Positions 37,107 through 45,707 of a DNA stretch of 64,000 nucleotides are shown in pieces. This DNA comes from an uncultured Coriobacteriales bacterium. Lineage in GTDB: Bacteria; Actinomycetota; Coriobacteriia; Coriobacteriales; UMGS124. A program made the translations under genes and the position numbers. The stretch spans positions 31,258-95,257 of the forward strand of contig CAKUAI010000014.1 of NCBI GenBank assembly GCA_934636245.1, written 5' to 3'. The first letter of the stretch is position 1; every line of letters starts with the position of its first letter. The notes under the pieces are model-generated. The model ran no database searches and had not been told where the DNA came from. It saw only the letters and a program-made list of their open reading frames with translations.

Positions 37107-38642
37107 ATGGCCGACACAGCTGAACACATCGCATGCGTCAAGCCCATGGGCTCGAAGGCGCTTGCCGCGTTGTCCGGCGTCGGCATCGGCTCGGCCCTGT
37201 CGCTTGCGCTGTGCATGACCCGCCGACTTGATTCCAGCCTCGGCTCCATCGGCATCGCCGAGTCCACGGCCGCCGTCTACGGATTTCTCGCAGGCATGGC
37301 GATCGCATGCGGTGTCGTCCTCGCCTTGCACGCTCGTACCGCAAGCAAAAGAAGCAGCGGCATTCTGCTGGCAAGACACGGACGCGGCCTCGCTTGCCTG
37401 CTGTGCCTCATATGCCTTATGGCGCTGCTGGGACTTTTTGCAGCACCGGCCCTCCTCGCTTCTGTCTGCTCTGCCCTGCTGGGCGCATGCACGGCCTTGT
37501 CGGGCATCTGGTGGTTTTCCCGCGCCAGTGTGCTTGGCATCAACCAGCTGATACATGCAAGCTGCCTGGCAGTTGCGCTCGCAGGCCTTACCCAAGCATT
37601 ATTCAAAACCGTGCCGTCTGCAGGATCGTACGCCCTCATGGCATGTCTCTGCCTTTTTGAAACCCTGGGGCTTGCCATTCAGGCAAATCAAATCTCTCAG
37701 AACGCGGATTACCCGAAATCAACTATCAATCGCATGGACCTGGCCGAAGCAATGGGAGGCTTCAAAGCACAAGCGTTGCTCGAAGACAGCAGCAGGCCCG
37801 CGCGAGTGCGTGACATCCTCGCACTGTCGTGGATTGCCGTGGCATCGCTGGCCTTCAGCGGCTTTATCACCGGGCTCACCTGGGACCCCCTGCTCTCGGA
37901 CGAAACCAACTGGCGCGTGGCATTCGTTGAGGTCGTCGGGGTCGTCGCCGGTGCCTTGCTCGCCTGCATCATCCTGCTTCTTGGCTCAAAAACTGGCGAA
38001 ATACGCCGCTTGCACCTGCTTGTAGGGGCAGCGCTGCCCATGGCGATCGCCCTGCTCATCATTGTTCCCGTGGTCAAGCTCATGGTTCAAGGGCCTGCCG
38101 TTGCCATTGTGTCCACCATTTTGTCGGCATTGTCCTTTGCACTCATCAGCGCCATTGCTTTCATCGAGATTTGCTGTCTCGCTCATACCTTTGACGCAGA
38201 TGCCTCTCGCTGCGGGGCGGCGACCCTTCTCATTGCCAGCTGCTGCGCGGCCCTGGGCATGACCCTCATTAACGTGGTTGGCACCGGCGGGCGCATGCTG
38301 TGCTTCCTGCTCGAAGCGGCATTTTTCACCGCAATCGCCATCTCCTATGCCCTCATGGCGCATACGGGGTCGACACAAACAACCGCCGAGAACAACGTTG
38401 GCGGCGAAGTGGGCGCCGAGACAGATCTCGCGCAGCGCTGCGGCTCCCTCGCCCAGCAAAAGGGCCTCTCCCCACGCGAGACCGATGTCCTGCTTCTCTT
38501 GGCACGCGGCTACGGCTCGACTCACATCGCCAATGAGCTGGGCATTTCCGAGAACACCGTGCGCACCCACGTGCGTCACATCTACGAGAAACTCGGCGTC
38601 GGCGGCCGCGAAGCCCTCATCGCCCTCGTCGACTCGCTGTAG
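37107..38642 (+). CDS. Membrane-embedded LuxR/GerE-family regulator
   Basis: The ORF spans 36843..38642; the ATG at 37107 follows AAGGGAAGG. Polytopic N-terminal domain. The C-terminus reads LSPRETDVLLLLARGYGSTHIANELGISENTVRTHVRHIYEKLGV. Confidence 0.82.
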   Translation: MADTAEHIACVKPMGSKALAALSGVGIGSALSLALCMTRRLDSSLGSIGIAESTAAVYGFLAGMAIACGVVLALHARTASKRSSGILLARHGRGLACLLCLICLMALLGLFAAPALLASVCSALLGACTALSGIWWFSRASVLGINQLIHASCLAVALAGLTQALFKTVPSAGSYALMACLCLFETLGLAIQANQISQNADYPKSTINRMDLAEAMGGFKAQALLEDSSRPARVRDILALSWIAVASLAFSGFITGLTWDPLLSDETNWRVAFVEVVGVVAGALLACIILLLGSKTGEIRRLHLLVGAALPMAIALLIIVPVVKLMVQGPAVAIVSTILSALSFALISAIAFIEICCLAHTFDADASRCGAATLLIASCCAALGMTLINVVGTGGRMLCFLLEAAFFTAIAISYALMAHTGSTQTTAENNVGGEVGAETDLAQRCGSLAQQKGLSPRETDVLLLLARGYGSTHIANELGISENTVRTHVRHIYEKLGVGGREALIALVDSL

Positions 38643-38666
38643 GAAGCCGAGCAACAAGCAGCAGAC

Positions 38667-39572
38667 CTACACCGGGTCACTCGGAAGGCGCTTGGCGTAT
38701 GACACACACCAGTTCCAAAAAGCCTGCTCGGCGTTGTCCAGTGCATGAGTTCGAAGCCTCTCGATGCCAAAACCCCAGCTCAGTTCGGCCAGAGGAACCG
38801 CCACTACTGAATCATCGTGGGCGAACACCGATAGGTTCACATGGTGGCGGGCGGTGAATCCCACCCCACGACCGCGGGCGGCGAACTCATAGAGCTGGAA
38901 TATCTCGCTCATCTCGAAAATATGGCCCAGACCAAGCGAGCGTTCCTCGTTGAGCCGGCGAAGGGCATCGAAGCACTTGAACCCCTCGCCAGGCAGGGCA
39001 AGGTCGTAGCCTCGCAAATCCTCCAAAACGAGCGACTCCTTGCGAGCAAGCTGATCGTCAGCGTTCACCCAAAAATATAGGGGGCATTTGTAGAGCGGAG
39101 CCGACACAAACTCTGGCAAACATGGCAGCACCGCAAGGGCCAGGTCATAGTCACCATGCGCAAGTCCCTCGTCACAGAGGGTGTCATTCGTCTCCCAATA
39201 CGAAACGCGAACATCGGGACGCATGGCGCGGAACCCGTCGAGAAAATCTGGCCCAAGCGCCCCCATCACGCCAAGCGAACATCCCAGGCGAAGCTCATGG
39301 AGCTCCTGGCCGCGTATGCGGTCGAAAGCCTCCCGCATAAGACGCAGATTGCTGCTCGTGACTTCGGTGAACTCGTACAGCTCCTGGGCATAAGGCGTCG
39401 GCTGCGGCATTCCGTTGGAGTCAGGCTCAAAAAGGGTGACACCAAGCTCCTTTTCCAGGGCCCTGATCGCCTTGGTAAGCCCCTGCGGCGAAACAGGCAC
39501 CATTCGCGCCGCCGCCGAATAGTTGCGCTCCTGATAGGTCAGCTCAAAGTACTTTAGTTGCTCGCTGTTCAC
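38667..39572 (-). CDS. LysR-family transcriptional regulator
   Basis: The N-terminal HTH reads MNSEQLKYFELTYQERNYSAAARMVPVSPQGLTKAIRALEKELGVTLF. Length is ~300 aa. It is divergent from the reductase gene at 39838. Confidence 0.88.
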   Translation of the reverse strand: MNSEQLKYFELTYQERNYSAAARMVPVSPQGLTKAIRALEKELGVTLFEPDSNGMPQPTPYAQELYEFTEVTSSNLRLMREAFDRIRGQELHELRLGCSLGVMGALGPDFLDGFRAMRPDVRVSYWETNDTLCDEGLAHGDYDLALAVLPCLPEFVSAPLYKCPLYFWVNADDQLARKESLVLEDLRGYDLALPGEGFKCFDALRRLNEERSLGLGHIFEMSEIFQLYEFAARGRGVGFTARHHVNLSVFAHDDSVVAVPLAELSWGFGIERLRTHALDNAEQAFWNWCVSYAKRLPSDPV

Positions 39573-39837
39573 CTGTGCCCCCGTTTGGCCCCATCAAACC
39601 GCACTCGAACATTCCCTAACGTTGCAGAGCTACGCAAATATACTGCCACAAATCGCAACGCGCGAGGTACAACTTGCAGTTCGGGGGGTTCACTTCTGGC
39701 TGGGTCCAGCCGTCTTGAAAGGACGGGGCCGCAGGCCCTATTCTGCCCAGCGAAGACGCCGGATGGCGCCTGCAAGGGGAGCTGGGCACTCCAGAGGCAC
39801 ACGTCTCGAAGCGCCCCCATGAGTGAAAGGTGCATGT

Positions 39838-41424
39838 ATGTCCAACGCAATGTCTCGTCGTTCGTTCGTCACTGCCACCGCCGGTGTCGCCGCCGCTGGC
39901 CTTGCCGCCGCAGGCCTCTCCACCGAGCCTGCCCAGGCCAAGGTCATCGCCGAGTCGAGCAGCGTGTGGGATCTCGAGGAGGTCGGCGATCCCACCGAGA
40001 CCCTGACCTGCGACATCGCCATTTGCGGCGCAGGTGGCGCTGGCATGTCGTGCGCCTGCCAGGCCAAGCAGCTCGGCCTTGAGCCCATCGTGCTCGAGAA
40101 GTTCAGCTTCACGGGCGGCTCGTTCGTCGGCGTCGAGGGTTCCTTCGGCGTTCAGACCCACTGGACCGAGGAAGCCGGCGAGACTCAGACCGTGGCCGAG
40201 GCCATCAACAACTGCATGGATTACCATCACTGGGTGCCCAACCACGACCTTTACAAGAAGTTCTTCGGTACCACGGGCGAGACCGTCGAGTGGCTTGAGG
40301 ACCTTGGCGTGGAGTTCGACCACGTGCAGCAGTACGGCGACCACAAGGCTTGGCACATCTTCAAGCGCAATCTCGACAAGGGCCCAGGCGTGAGCTTCAT
40401 GGAGTCCCTGGCCAAGGCTGCCGAGAACCTCGGCGTGCAGGTCGAGCTTGAGTGCCCCGCAAAGCAGCTGGTCATGGAGGACGGCAAGGTTGCAGGTGTG
40501 CTCGCCGTGCGCGCCGACGGCACCGTCGTCAACGTCGAGGCCCCCACTGTCGTTCTCGCCACGGGCGGCTATGCAAACAACCTGGACTTCCTGTACGCCG
40601 TCTCCGAGACCCACAACGAGCTGCTTGCTCCTCAGGGCATGACCGGCCGCGACGCCGACGGCATCAAGATGGCCCGCGCGGCAGGTGCCGACATGGCCGA
40701 GGGCCTGGGCACCGTCATGTGGTGCGGCCCCGTCATGGTGGGCTCCACGTGGGCCCAGCCCGACTACATCGCCTCTACGCAGCCCGTTCTCTGGATCAAC
40801 GAGAAGTGCGAGCGCTTCGTCAACGAGGACAAGTGGGAGAACGACTTCGCCCGCGTCGGCATCGCGCAGCGCAACCAGAACAAGACGTATGCCGTCTTCT
40901 GCAAGGGCGACCTCGATGCTTGGGAGAACGAGGGCGTCTACAGCACCTGCTTCAGCTTCGTTGCCGCCGGCGAACCCATGGCCGGGTTCACTGAGGCCGT
41001 CGAGGCCCTCGACTCCGTTCACAAGGCGGACACCATCGAGGAGCTTGCCGAGGCCGTCGAGCTCGATCCCGAGGCCCTGAAGGCCGTCGTCGACCAGTAC
41101 AACAGCTACTGTGCCGCAGGCGAGGACCCCGACTTCAACAAGGCCCCCGAGAAGATGCACGCCATCGAGGAGGGCCCGTTCTACATCGCCGAGATTGCCG
41201 ACGGCTACTACTGCACCGTGGGCGGTGCGAAGATTGACACCGATTGCGAGGTCATCAACACCGAGGGCGAGGTCATTCCTGGCCTCTATGCCACCGGTTG
41301 CGACGCGGGCGGCCTGTACGGCGACGCCTACGACGTGAACAAGGCCCCGGGCTCGCAGTCGAGCTGGGCCTGCAACTCCGGCCGCTTCGCCGCTCAGGCC
41401 GCAGCCAAGTACCTGGGCAAGTAA
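39838..41424 (+). CDS. Tat-exported FAD-dependent oxidoreductase (FAD_binding_2 family)
   Basis: The ORF spans 39823..41424; the ATG is at 39838 (MSNAMSRRSFVTATAGVAAAGLAAAGLS). The dinucleotide fold is DIAICGAGGAGMSCAC. The C-terminal signature is GLYATGCDAGG. Confidence 0.85.
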   Translation: MSNAMSRRSFVTATAGVAAAGLAAAGLSTEPAQAKVIAESSSVWDLEEVGDPTETLTCDIAICGAGGAGMSCACQAKQLGLEPIVLEKFSFTGGSFVGVEGSFGVQTHWTEEAGETQTVAEAINNCMDYHHWVPNHDLYKKFFGTTGETVEWLEDLGVEFDHVQQYGDHKAWHIFKRNLDKGPGVSFMESLAKAAENLGVQVELECPAKQLVMEDGKVAGVLAVRADGTVVNVEAPTVVLATGGYANNLDFLYAVSETHNELLAPQGMTGRDADGIKMARAAGADMAEGLGTVMWCGPVMVGSTWAQPDYIASTQPVLWINEKCERFVNEDKWENDFARVGIAQRNQNKTYAVFCKGDLDAWENEGVYSTCFSFVAAGEPMAGFTEAVEALDSVHKADTIEELAEAVELDPEALKAVVDQYNSYCAAGEDPDFNKAPEKMHAIEEGPFYIAEIADGYYCTVGGAKIDTDCEVINTEGEVIPGLYATGCDAGGLYGDAYDVNKAPGSQSSWACNSGRFAAQAAAKYLGK

Positions 41425-41586
41425 GGCCGCGCGTTGTTCTAGCCTGATTCGGCCTGATTCAGCTCGACATTCCCCAAGGGCGCCGCCGTAGCCACTCGTG
41501 GGCACGGCGGCGCTCTGCGTTTTGGGAGCAAGTTGGGAGCGCGGCGGGGCCGCGAGCAGGCCGCGGGGCTCAGGCGCTCGCGTAAC

Positions 41587-41672
41587 AACATACATTTCAG
41601 GAAAACGAAAATCGCGCCAACTGGGGTTTTGTAGATTTAACATACATCTCAACAGTTGAGATGTATGTTAAA
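41587..41672. repeat. Nested-palindrome element, copy A: AACATACATTTCA (41587..41599), then the 18-bp-arm palindrome TTTAACATACATCTCAAC-A-GTTGAGATGTATGTTAAA (41636..41672)
   Basis: Read directly from the sequence. Two further copies lie at 44901..44987 and 46799..46885, with the shared core GAAAATCGCRCCAACTGGGSTTTTG between the first motif and the palindrome. Confidence 0.85.
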
Positions 41673-41711
41673 TCTACTGACAGACACGCGCAGCCCCATC
41701 CCATACCCTCT

Positions 41712-41845
41712 TTACAGCTCGCTGGTCTCGAAAAGCGTCCTCACTTCACGCGGGCTCTCGCACACGCGTGTAGCCAGGGCGCGAATCTCGGGCGTGGGCT
41801 GACACTGGCCGGGAACCATCGCAGCCACGAAGCCGCCCGCCGTAC
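41712..41845 (-). pseudogene. 3' remnant (~44 codons plus stop) of a HAD-family hydrolase paralogue
   Basis: Minus-strand translation gives ...GGFVAAMVPGQCQPTPEIRALATRVCESPREVRTLFETSEL*. The intact HAD gene ends ...GGFVTVMVPDLHQPTPEIRALATRVCESLHEVKALFEASEL*. There is no upstream continuation or start codon. Confidence 0.75.
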
Positions 41846-41940
41846 CAGACCCAATTCACCGACCACGCCGGGCCTAAGTCACCCACTGCACCAGCACTAA
41901 TCCGCCGGCCACGTAGGGCCCAATCCGCCAGCCGAGCTCC

Positions 41941-42819
41941 TCACGCCAGCGCATCGCGCTCCAGCTTGGCCAGCATGCGCTTTGCTCGCCAACTGACTGC
42001 ACGCACGGGCAGGTGAACGCGCGTATAGAACACGCCCTTGATGGGCAAAGCATGGGAGGTGTACGCATCTCCTGCCTGCTCAAACCCATATTCGTCCATA
42101 AACGCCCGCAATTTTTTGCGCGTGCTACCGTCCCTGTCAAAACCAGGGATTTTATCCGCATCGGCCGCGTAAGCGATTTCCACGCAAGGACAACCTCCCA
42201 CCTGAACCGGCGGCCGGCTCGCAAGTGATAGCTGCGGCAACAAGGGCGCATCGCATGCGTATACAATCCGTCCCCATTTCGGCAAGTCAAGACAATCCGA
42301 GAAAAAATCCCCCTCGATAATTGAGCCAAACGTTGCTATCGGCATACTCCGGATGAGTACATCCTGTGCTGGATCAGGCACATGGTTGTCATAACCAGTC
42401 TCGCATTCATCGAAATAGACAAGGGCCGGGCGACCGACGGAAAGGCGAGGCATAGGCCCCCGATGTATATCGTCGCAGATAGCTTTAAGCGTCTCCAGGG
42501 AGTCTTGAACCGCAGCATGCCATGCCTGCTGGCGCATATTTTGCTCCGAAAGTCTGCCAACGAACTCCGAAGCGTCCTCGGTCTTTTCCATGACAACCTG
42601 GGCGTCAGCCACTTCAAAACCTGCATTTTTTAGCATGTTAAGCTGAGCGACGCTAAAAACGTCGTCATTCGTGTACACGCGATAGTTTGAATCAGGGTCA
42701 CGCACGGGCGAGATAACGCCGATTTGCTCGTAATAGCGCAGCGTATTGCGAGAAATGCCCAGAACGCTCAGCAGCGTCTTGATGGTATAGGTCTTGCCCC
42801 GTGCGCTTTCGGTCGTCAT
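41941..42819 (-). CDS. MerR-family transcriptional regulator with a C-terminal effector-binding-like domain
   Basis: The N-terminal HTH reads YTIKTLLSVLGISRNTLRYYEQIGVISPVRDPDSNYRVYTNDDV. 292 aa. It lies directly downstream of the reductase at 42925..44508 on the same strand. GC looks lower by eye. Confidence 0.85.
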   Translation of the reverse strand: MTTESARGKTYTIKTLLSVLGISRNTLRYYEQIGVISPVRDPDSNYRVYTNDDVFSVAQLNMLKNAGFEVADAQVVMEKTEDASEFVGRLSEQNMRQQAWHAAVQDSLETLKAICDDIHRGPMPRLSVGRPALVYFDECETGYDNHVPDPAQDVLIRSMPIATFGSIIEGDFFSDCLDLPKWGRIVYACDAPLLPQLSLASRPPVQVGGCPCVEIAYAADADKIPGFDRDGSTRKKLRAFMDEYGFEQAGDAYTSHALPIKGVFYTRVHLPVRAVSWRAKRMLAKLERDALA

Positions 42820-42924
42820 ATCATGCCCCCGTTTGCCGGCCCCGTACCGAACAATCGAGTGGATGATACCAAAAGGGGCTGCCGTTCAATCCCGGCAGCC
42901 CCCATGGATCAATCTAGTTAATGC

Positions 42925-44508
42925 CTACTCGACACCCATTGCCGCGTTCTCGCCAGCAATTTTGCCGAACACAAGGCACTCGGCAACGTTTCCGCCGCCC
43001 TGATAGTAGAAAGCGTTCACGCCGCCGCACTCGCCGGCGCTGAACAGGCCCTTGATGGGCTCGCCGTTGGTGTCCATAACCTGGGCCTTGGCGTTGCGGC
43101 GCGGGCCACCCTGGGTGTTCAGCACGCTGGGCTGCAGAGGCAGTGCGTACAGCGTGCCTTCAAATGCCCTCATCGACTCCGGCGCGCGGTTGAACTCGAT
43201 GTCCTCGCCGTTCTCCGCGTAGCCGTTGAAACGCTCAATCGTCTTGGTAAGCGTCTCGGGATCGGCGTCGATGATTCCAGCCAGCTCGACGGCATCAGCT
43301 GCACTTACAAGCTTCTCATCAACATTGATCGGCATGTGGCCGTTCTCTTCAAGAATGGCCTTCTGAGCCTCGTCAAAAACAGCCCAGGGGCGATAGCTCG
43401 CGTTGGGGATACGCCACAGACCATGGCTGAACAGGTGACCGTGACGGTCAATCTGATCCTCGCGCAGGAAGCGGGAGCCATCCTCGGCGACGCAAATCAT
43501 TGCGCCCTTCACCGACGGCTTGAAGCGCGCGGAGAGCATCAGGATGGCCCGGTCACCGTCCTCAACCTCGAACTGGTTGCCGCCGAACATGCCCAGGCTC
43601 TCGTAGTTGTGCATGTGCCAGAGGTCAGCGCCGACCTCCTGCGCCATGCGAATGCCGTCGCCGTTGTTGTGCAGGCCACCCAGAGGAGCCAGGCGTGCGC
43701 AGCCGAGGTAATCCTGAATCATCTGCTGGTTGCACTCAAAGCCGCCGCACGAAAGAACGACACCCTTGGCACCGATGCGCAGCTCCTTGCCCTCATGCTC
43801 GACCACGACACCGATGACAGCCTTGGACTCGGGGTCCTGGATGAGATGCGTCGCCGGGGACTCAAGCCACACCGTGATGGCGTCCATAGCCTGGACGGTC
43901 TCCTGAACAACCGGATAGAACGCACCGTCGAAATACGCAGGATGCATCGTGACGGCATCAACCGTGGAAGAGCCCTCAACCTCGGGGTACTCGGGGCAGA
44001 TTGCACCAAAGGAGCGCTTGATCTTCTGGGCATCGGTCTCGTCGTTTCCGCCCGTACCAGCCTCACCCTCAGCCGTCGCGGCAAACTCGCTCCAGATGCA
44101 CGGATCTTCGACGCCCATACGCTTGAAGATATCGGGCACGCCCATGATGCCGTCAACGTACGTGTCGAGCACGTCGGAGTCCTGGTTCATCTTCCAACCA
44201 AGGCCCTCATAGTAGTTGCGAAGCTCGTCGCGATCCTGGCCGTACACGACAATCTGCGCGCAGAAACGGGAGTTGCCGCCCTCCTGACCCTCGGGTGCAA
44301 CGTCAACGAGCAGGACCTTCTCGGCACCGGCATCGGCTGCGGAGATGGCAGCCATACCACCGGCGAAACCATAGCCCACGACGACGACATCGTAATTGTC
44401 GTCAAACTCGGCGGCTGCGTCATCGGCGAATGCGACGGAGGCCATACCACTTGCTGCGATAGCGGCACCGGCACCAGTGATGAAATTCCTACGCGAGATG
44501 GTCTTCAT
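42925..44508 (-). CDS. Tat-exported FAD-dependent oxidoreductase (FAD_binding_2 family)
   Basis: The N-terminus is MKTISRRNFITGAGAAIAASGMASVAFA. The dinucleotide fold is DVVVVGYGFAGGMAAI. The C-terminal signature is GLFSAGECGG. AAAGGGGAG RBS. Confidence 0.85.
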   Translation of the reverse strand: MKTISRRNFITGAGAAIAASGMASVAFADDAAAEFDDNYDVVVVGYGFAGGMAAISAADAGAEKVLLVDVAPEGQEGGNSRFCAQIVVYGQDRDELRNYYEGLGWKMNQDSDVLDTYVDGIMGVPDIFKRMGVEDPCIWSEFAATAEGEAGTGGNDETDAQKIKRSFGAICPEYPEVEGSSTVDAVTMHPAYFDGAFYPVVQETVQAMDAITVWLESPATHLIQDPESKAVIGVVVEHEGKELRIGAKGVVLSCGGFECNQQMIQDYLGCARLAPLGGLHNNGDGIRMAQEVGADLWHMHNYESLGMFGGNQFEVEDGDRAILMLSARFKPSVKGAMICVAEDGSRFLREDQIDRHGHLFSHGLWRIPNASYRPWAVFDEAQKAILEENGHMPINVDEKLVSAADAVELAGIIDADPETLTKTIERFNGYAENGEDIEFNRAPESMRAFEGTLYALPLQPSVLNTQGGPRRNAKAQVMDTNGEPIKGLFSAGECGGVNAFYYQGGGNVAECLVFGKIAGENAAMGVE

Positions 44509-44759
44509 GAAACTCCCCTTTCACTTTCATGTTCGTTTACCGACGGCCATCGCGACCATCAGGCAACCCATCCGACGTCCCTTGCGTCGGTGATTCCCAA
44601 TGTGACCAGGCCACAGTGGGCGGGTAAAGGGCACAAAGATGACAAGAGTGGCCAGGTCCAAAGGAAGGGGCTGAGCAGGCGAAATATATTGCAAGCAATA
44701 AAGGCGGCCATTGTGGTCGAGTTGGGTGGAGCGCCGTCGTGGTCATCATGCGAGTACGG

Positions 44760-44987
44760 AGGCGCTTCCGCTCGCGTTTGGAGCGCGAGTTGGGGGCGCG
44801 GCAGGACTGCGGAGGCACTCGCGTTTGGAGCGCGAGCCGGGGGCACGTCGGGGCGAGCCGGGAGCACGTCGGAACGTCAGGGCCCTGTTGTACGTGCAAT
44901 AACATACATTTCAAGAAAATGAAAATCGCGCCAACTGGGGTTTTGATGAATTAACATACATTTCAACTGTTGAAATGTATGTTAATT
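44760..44987. repeat. Nested-palindrome element, copy B, with an internally duplicated GC-rich leader
   Basis: AACATACATTTCA lies at 44901..44913. The 19-bp-arm palindrome AATTAACATACATTTCAAC-T-GTTGAAATGTATGTTAATT lies at 44949..44987. The leader carries two copies of CTCGCGTTTGGAGCGCGAG and two of GAGCCGGGRGCACGTCGG. Confidence 0.8.
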
Positions 44988-45000
44988 GCCACCCCTGAGC

Positions 45001-45474
45001 CTAAGGCTGCACACATGTGTCTGTTTCGGCTTTGCTCGCATGCCCCTCGTCCGTCAGGCCCTCCATGACCGACACGAGGTCGGCCAACGTGCGTGACTTC
45101 AGCCGTGCCTCGAGAGCGGCTTGAGCTGCATCAAGTTCTGCGTCGAGGATGGGGTGGATTCGGCGTCCTACCGGACACGCCGGATTTGGGTCCGCATGAA
45201 AAGAAAAGAGCGGCCCCTCAACGCTCTCCACTGCATTGAAAACGTCGAGAAGCGTAATCTCAGATGGGTCTCGCTCAAGAGACGCTCCGCCCACCCCTGC
45301 CTCAACAGCCACAATGCCCGCATCCTTAAGCTGACCGAGCACCTTGCGAATAATAACTGGGTTTACACCCACACTCGAAGCGATGAAGCTGGATGTGAGC
45401 TTGTAATCCCCCGAGAAGTTAACGATGCACAGCAAGGTATGCAGGGCGATGGTGAAACGCGAGGATATCCGCAT
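45001..45474 (-). CDS. Rrf2-family transcriptional regulator
   Basis: The ORF spans 45001..45519; the ATG is at 45474. The sequence is MRISSRFTIALHTLLCIVNFSGDYKLTSSFIASSVGVNPVIIRKVLGQLKDAGIV. A single Cys (NPACPVG) is present, so an Fe-S cluster ligand set is not evident. Confidence 0.85.
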   Translation of the reverse strand: MRISSRFTIALHTLLCIVNFSGDYKLTSSFIASSVGVNPVIIRKVLGQLKDAGIVAVEAGVGGASLERDPSEITLLDVFNAVESVEGPLFSFHADPNPACPVGRRIHPILDAELDAAQAALEARLKSRTLADLVSVMEGLTDEGHASKAETDTCVQP

Positions 45475-45534
45475 AGAGGAGCCTTTCGAGCGCAGGTGAA
45501 TCGAATAGCAGCTAAACAACAGTCAGTATAGCAT

Positions 45535-45665
45535 GTTGTAACAATTGACATTACAACTTGTTGCCATTATGTGATGACCGATATATCTTCGCTGTAATTG
45601 TTGACGTTACAACGTTGGCTTGCTTTAATTCTTTCGTCAGCTGTTGTAACTACATTGCTTACAAC
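45535..45665. promoter_or_regulatory. Three operator-like inverted repeats of form GTTGTAA-N9-TTACAAC (45535..45557, 45591..45613 with GcTGTAA, 45643..45665) in the Rrf2/SnoaL divergent region
   Basis: Read directly. The spacers of sites 1 and 2 contain TTGACA and TTGACG. TTGACG (45601..45606) is followed after 17 nt by TTTAAT, a plausible sigma-70-type promoter facing the SnoaL gene. Confidence 0.6.
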
Positions 45666-45707
45666 AACTCTAACAACCAGCACTTGCTAAAACGAAGGAG
45701 ACCAATC

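Larger units (their letters stand above)
41480..41845. repeat. Left copy of a ~365-bp diverged direct repeat (partner 46692..47057). It holds a terminator hairpin, the nested-palindrome element and a HAD 3' fragment.
   Basis: The hairpin GCGCCGCCGT...ACGGCGGCGC (41480..41513) matches 46692..46725. The element at 41514..41672 matches 46726..46885. The segment 41712..~41845 matches the 3' end of the HAD gene at 46926..~47057. Offset is ~5,212-5,214 bp. Confidence 0.8.

Noticed and set aside
41515-41652. Small minus-strand ORFs running through the repeat elements with similar N-termini (MRCMLNLQNPSWRDFRFPEMYV… in copy A, MKCMLIHQKPSWCDFRFSEMYV… in copy C)
   Set aside because: The similarity follows nucleotide conservation of the repeat. 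The middle parts differ through compensating indels, and copy B encodes an unrelated continuation. The start would lie inside the palindrome with no RBS. The ORFs are more likely a by-product of a non-coding repeat.
44772-44878. Possible CRISPR-like array, because of short repeated units
   Set aside because: There are only two copies of each unit, they are directly adjacent without unique spacers of regular length, and no cas genes are present.
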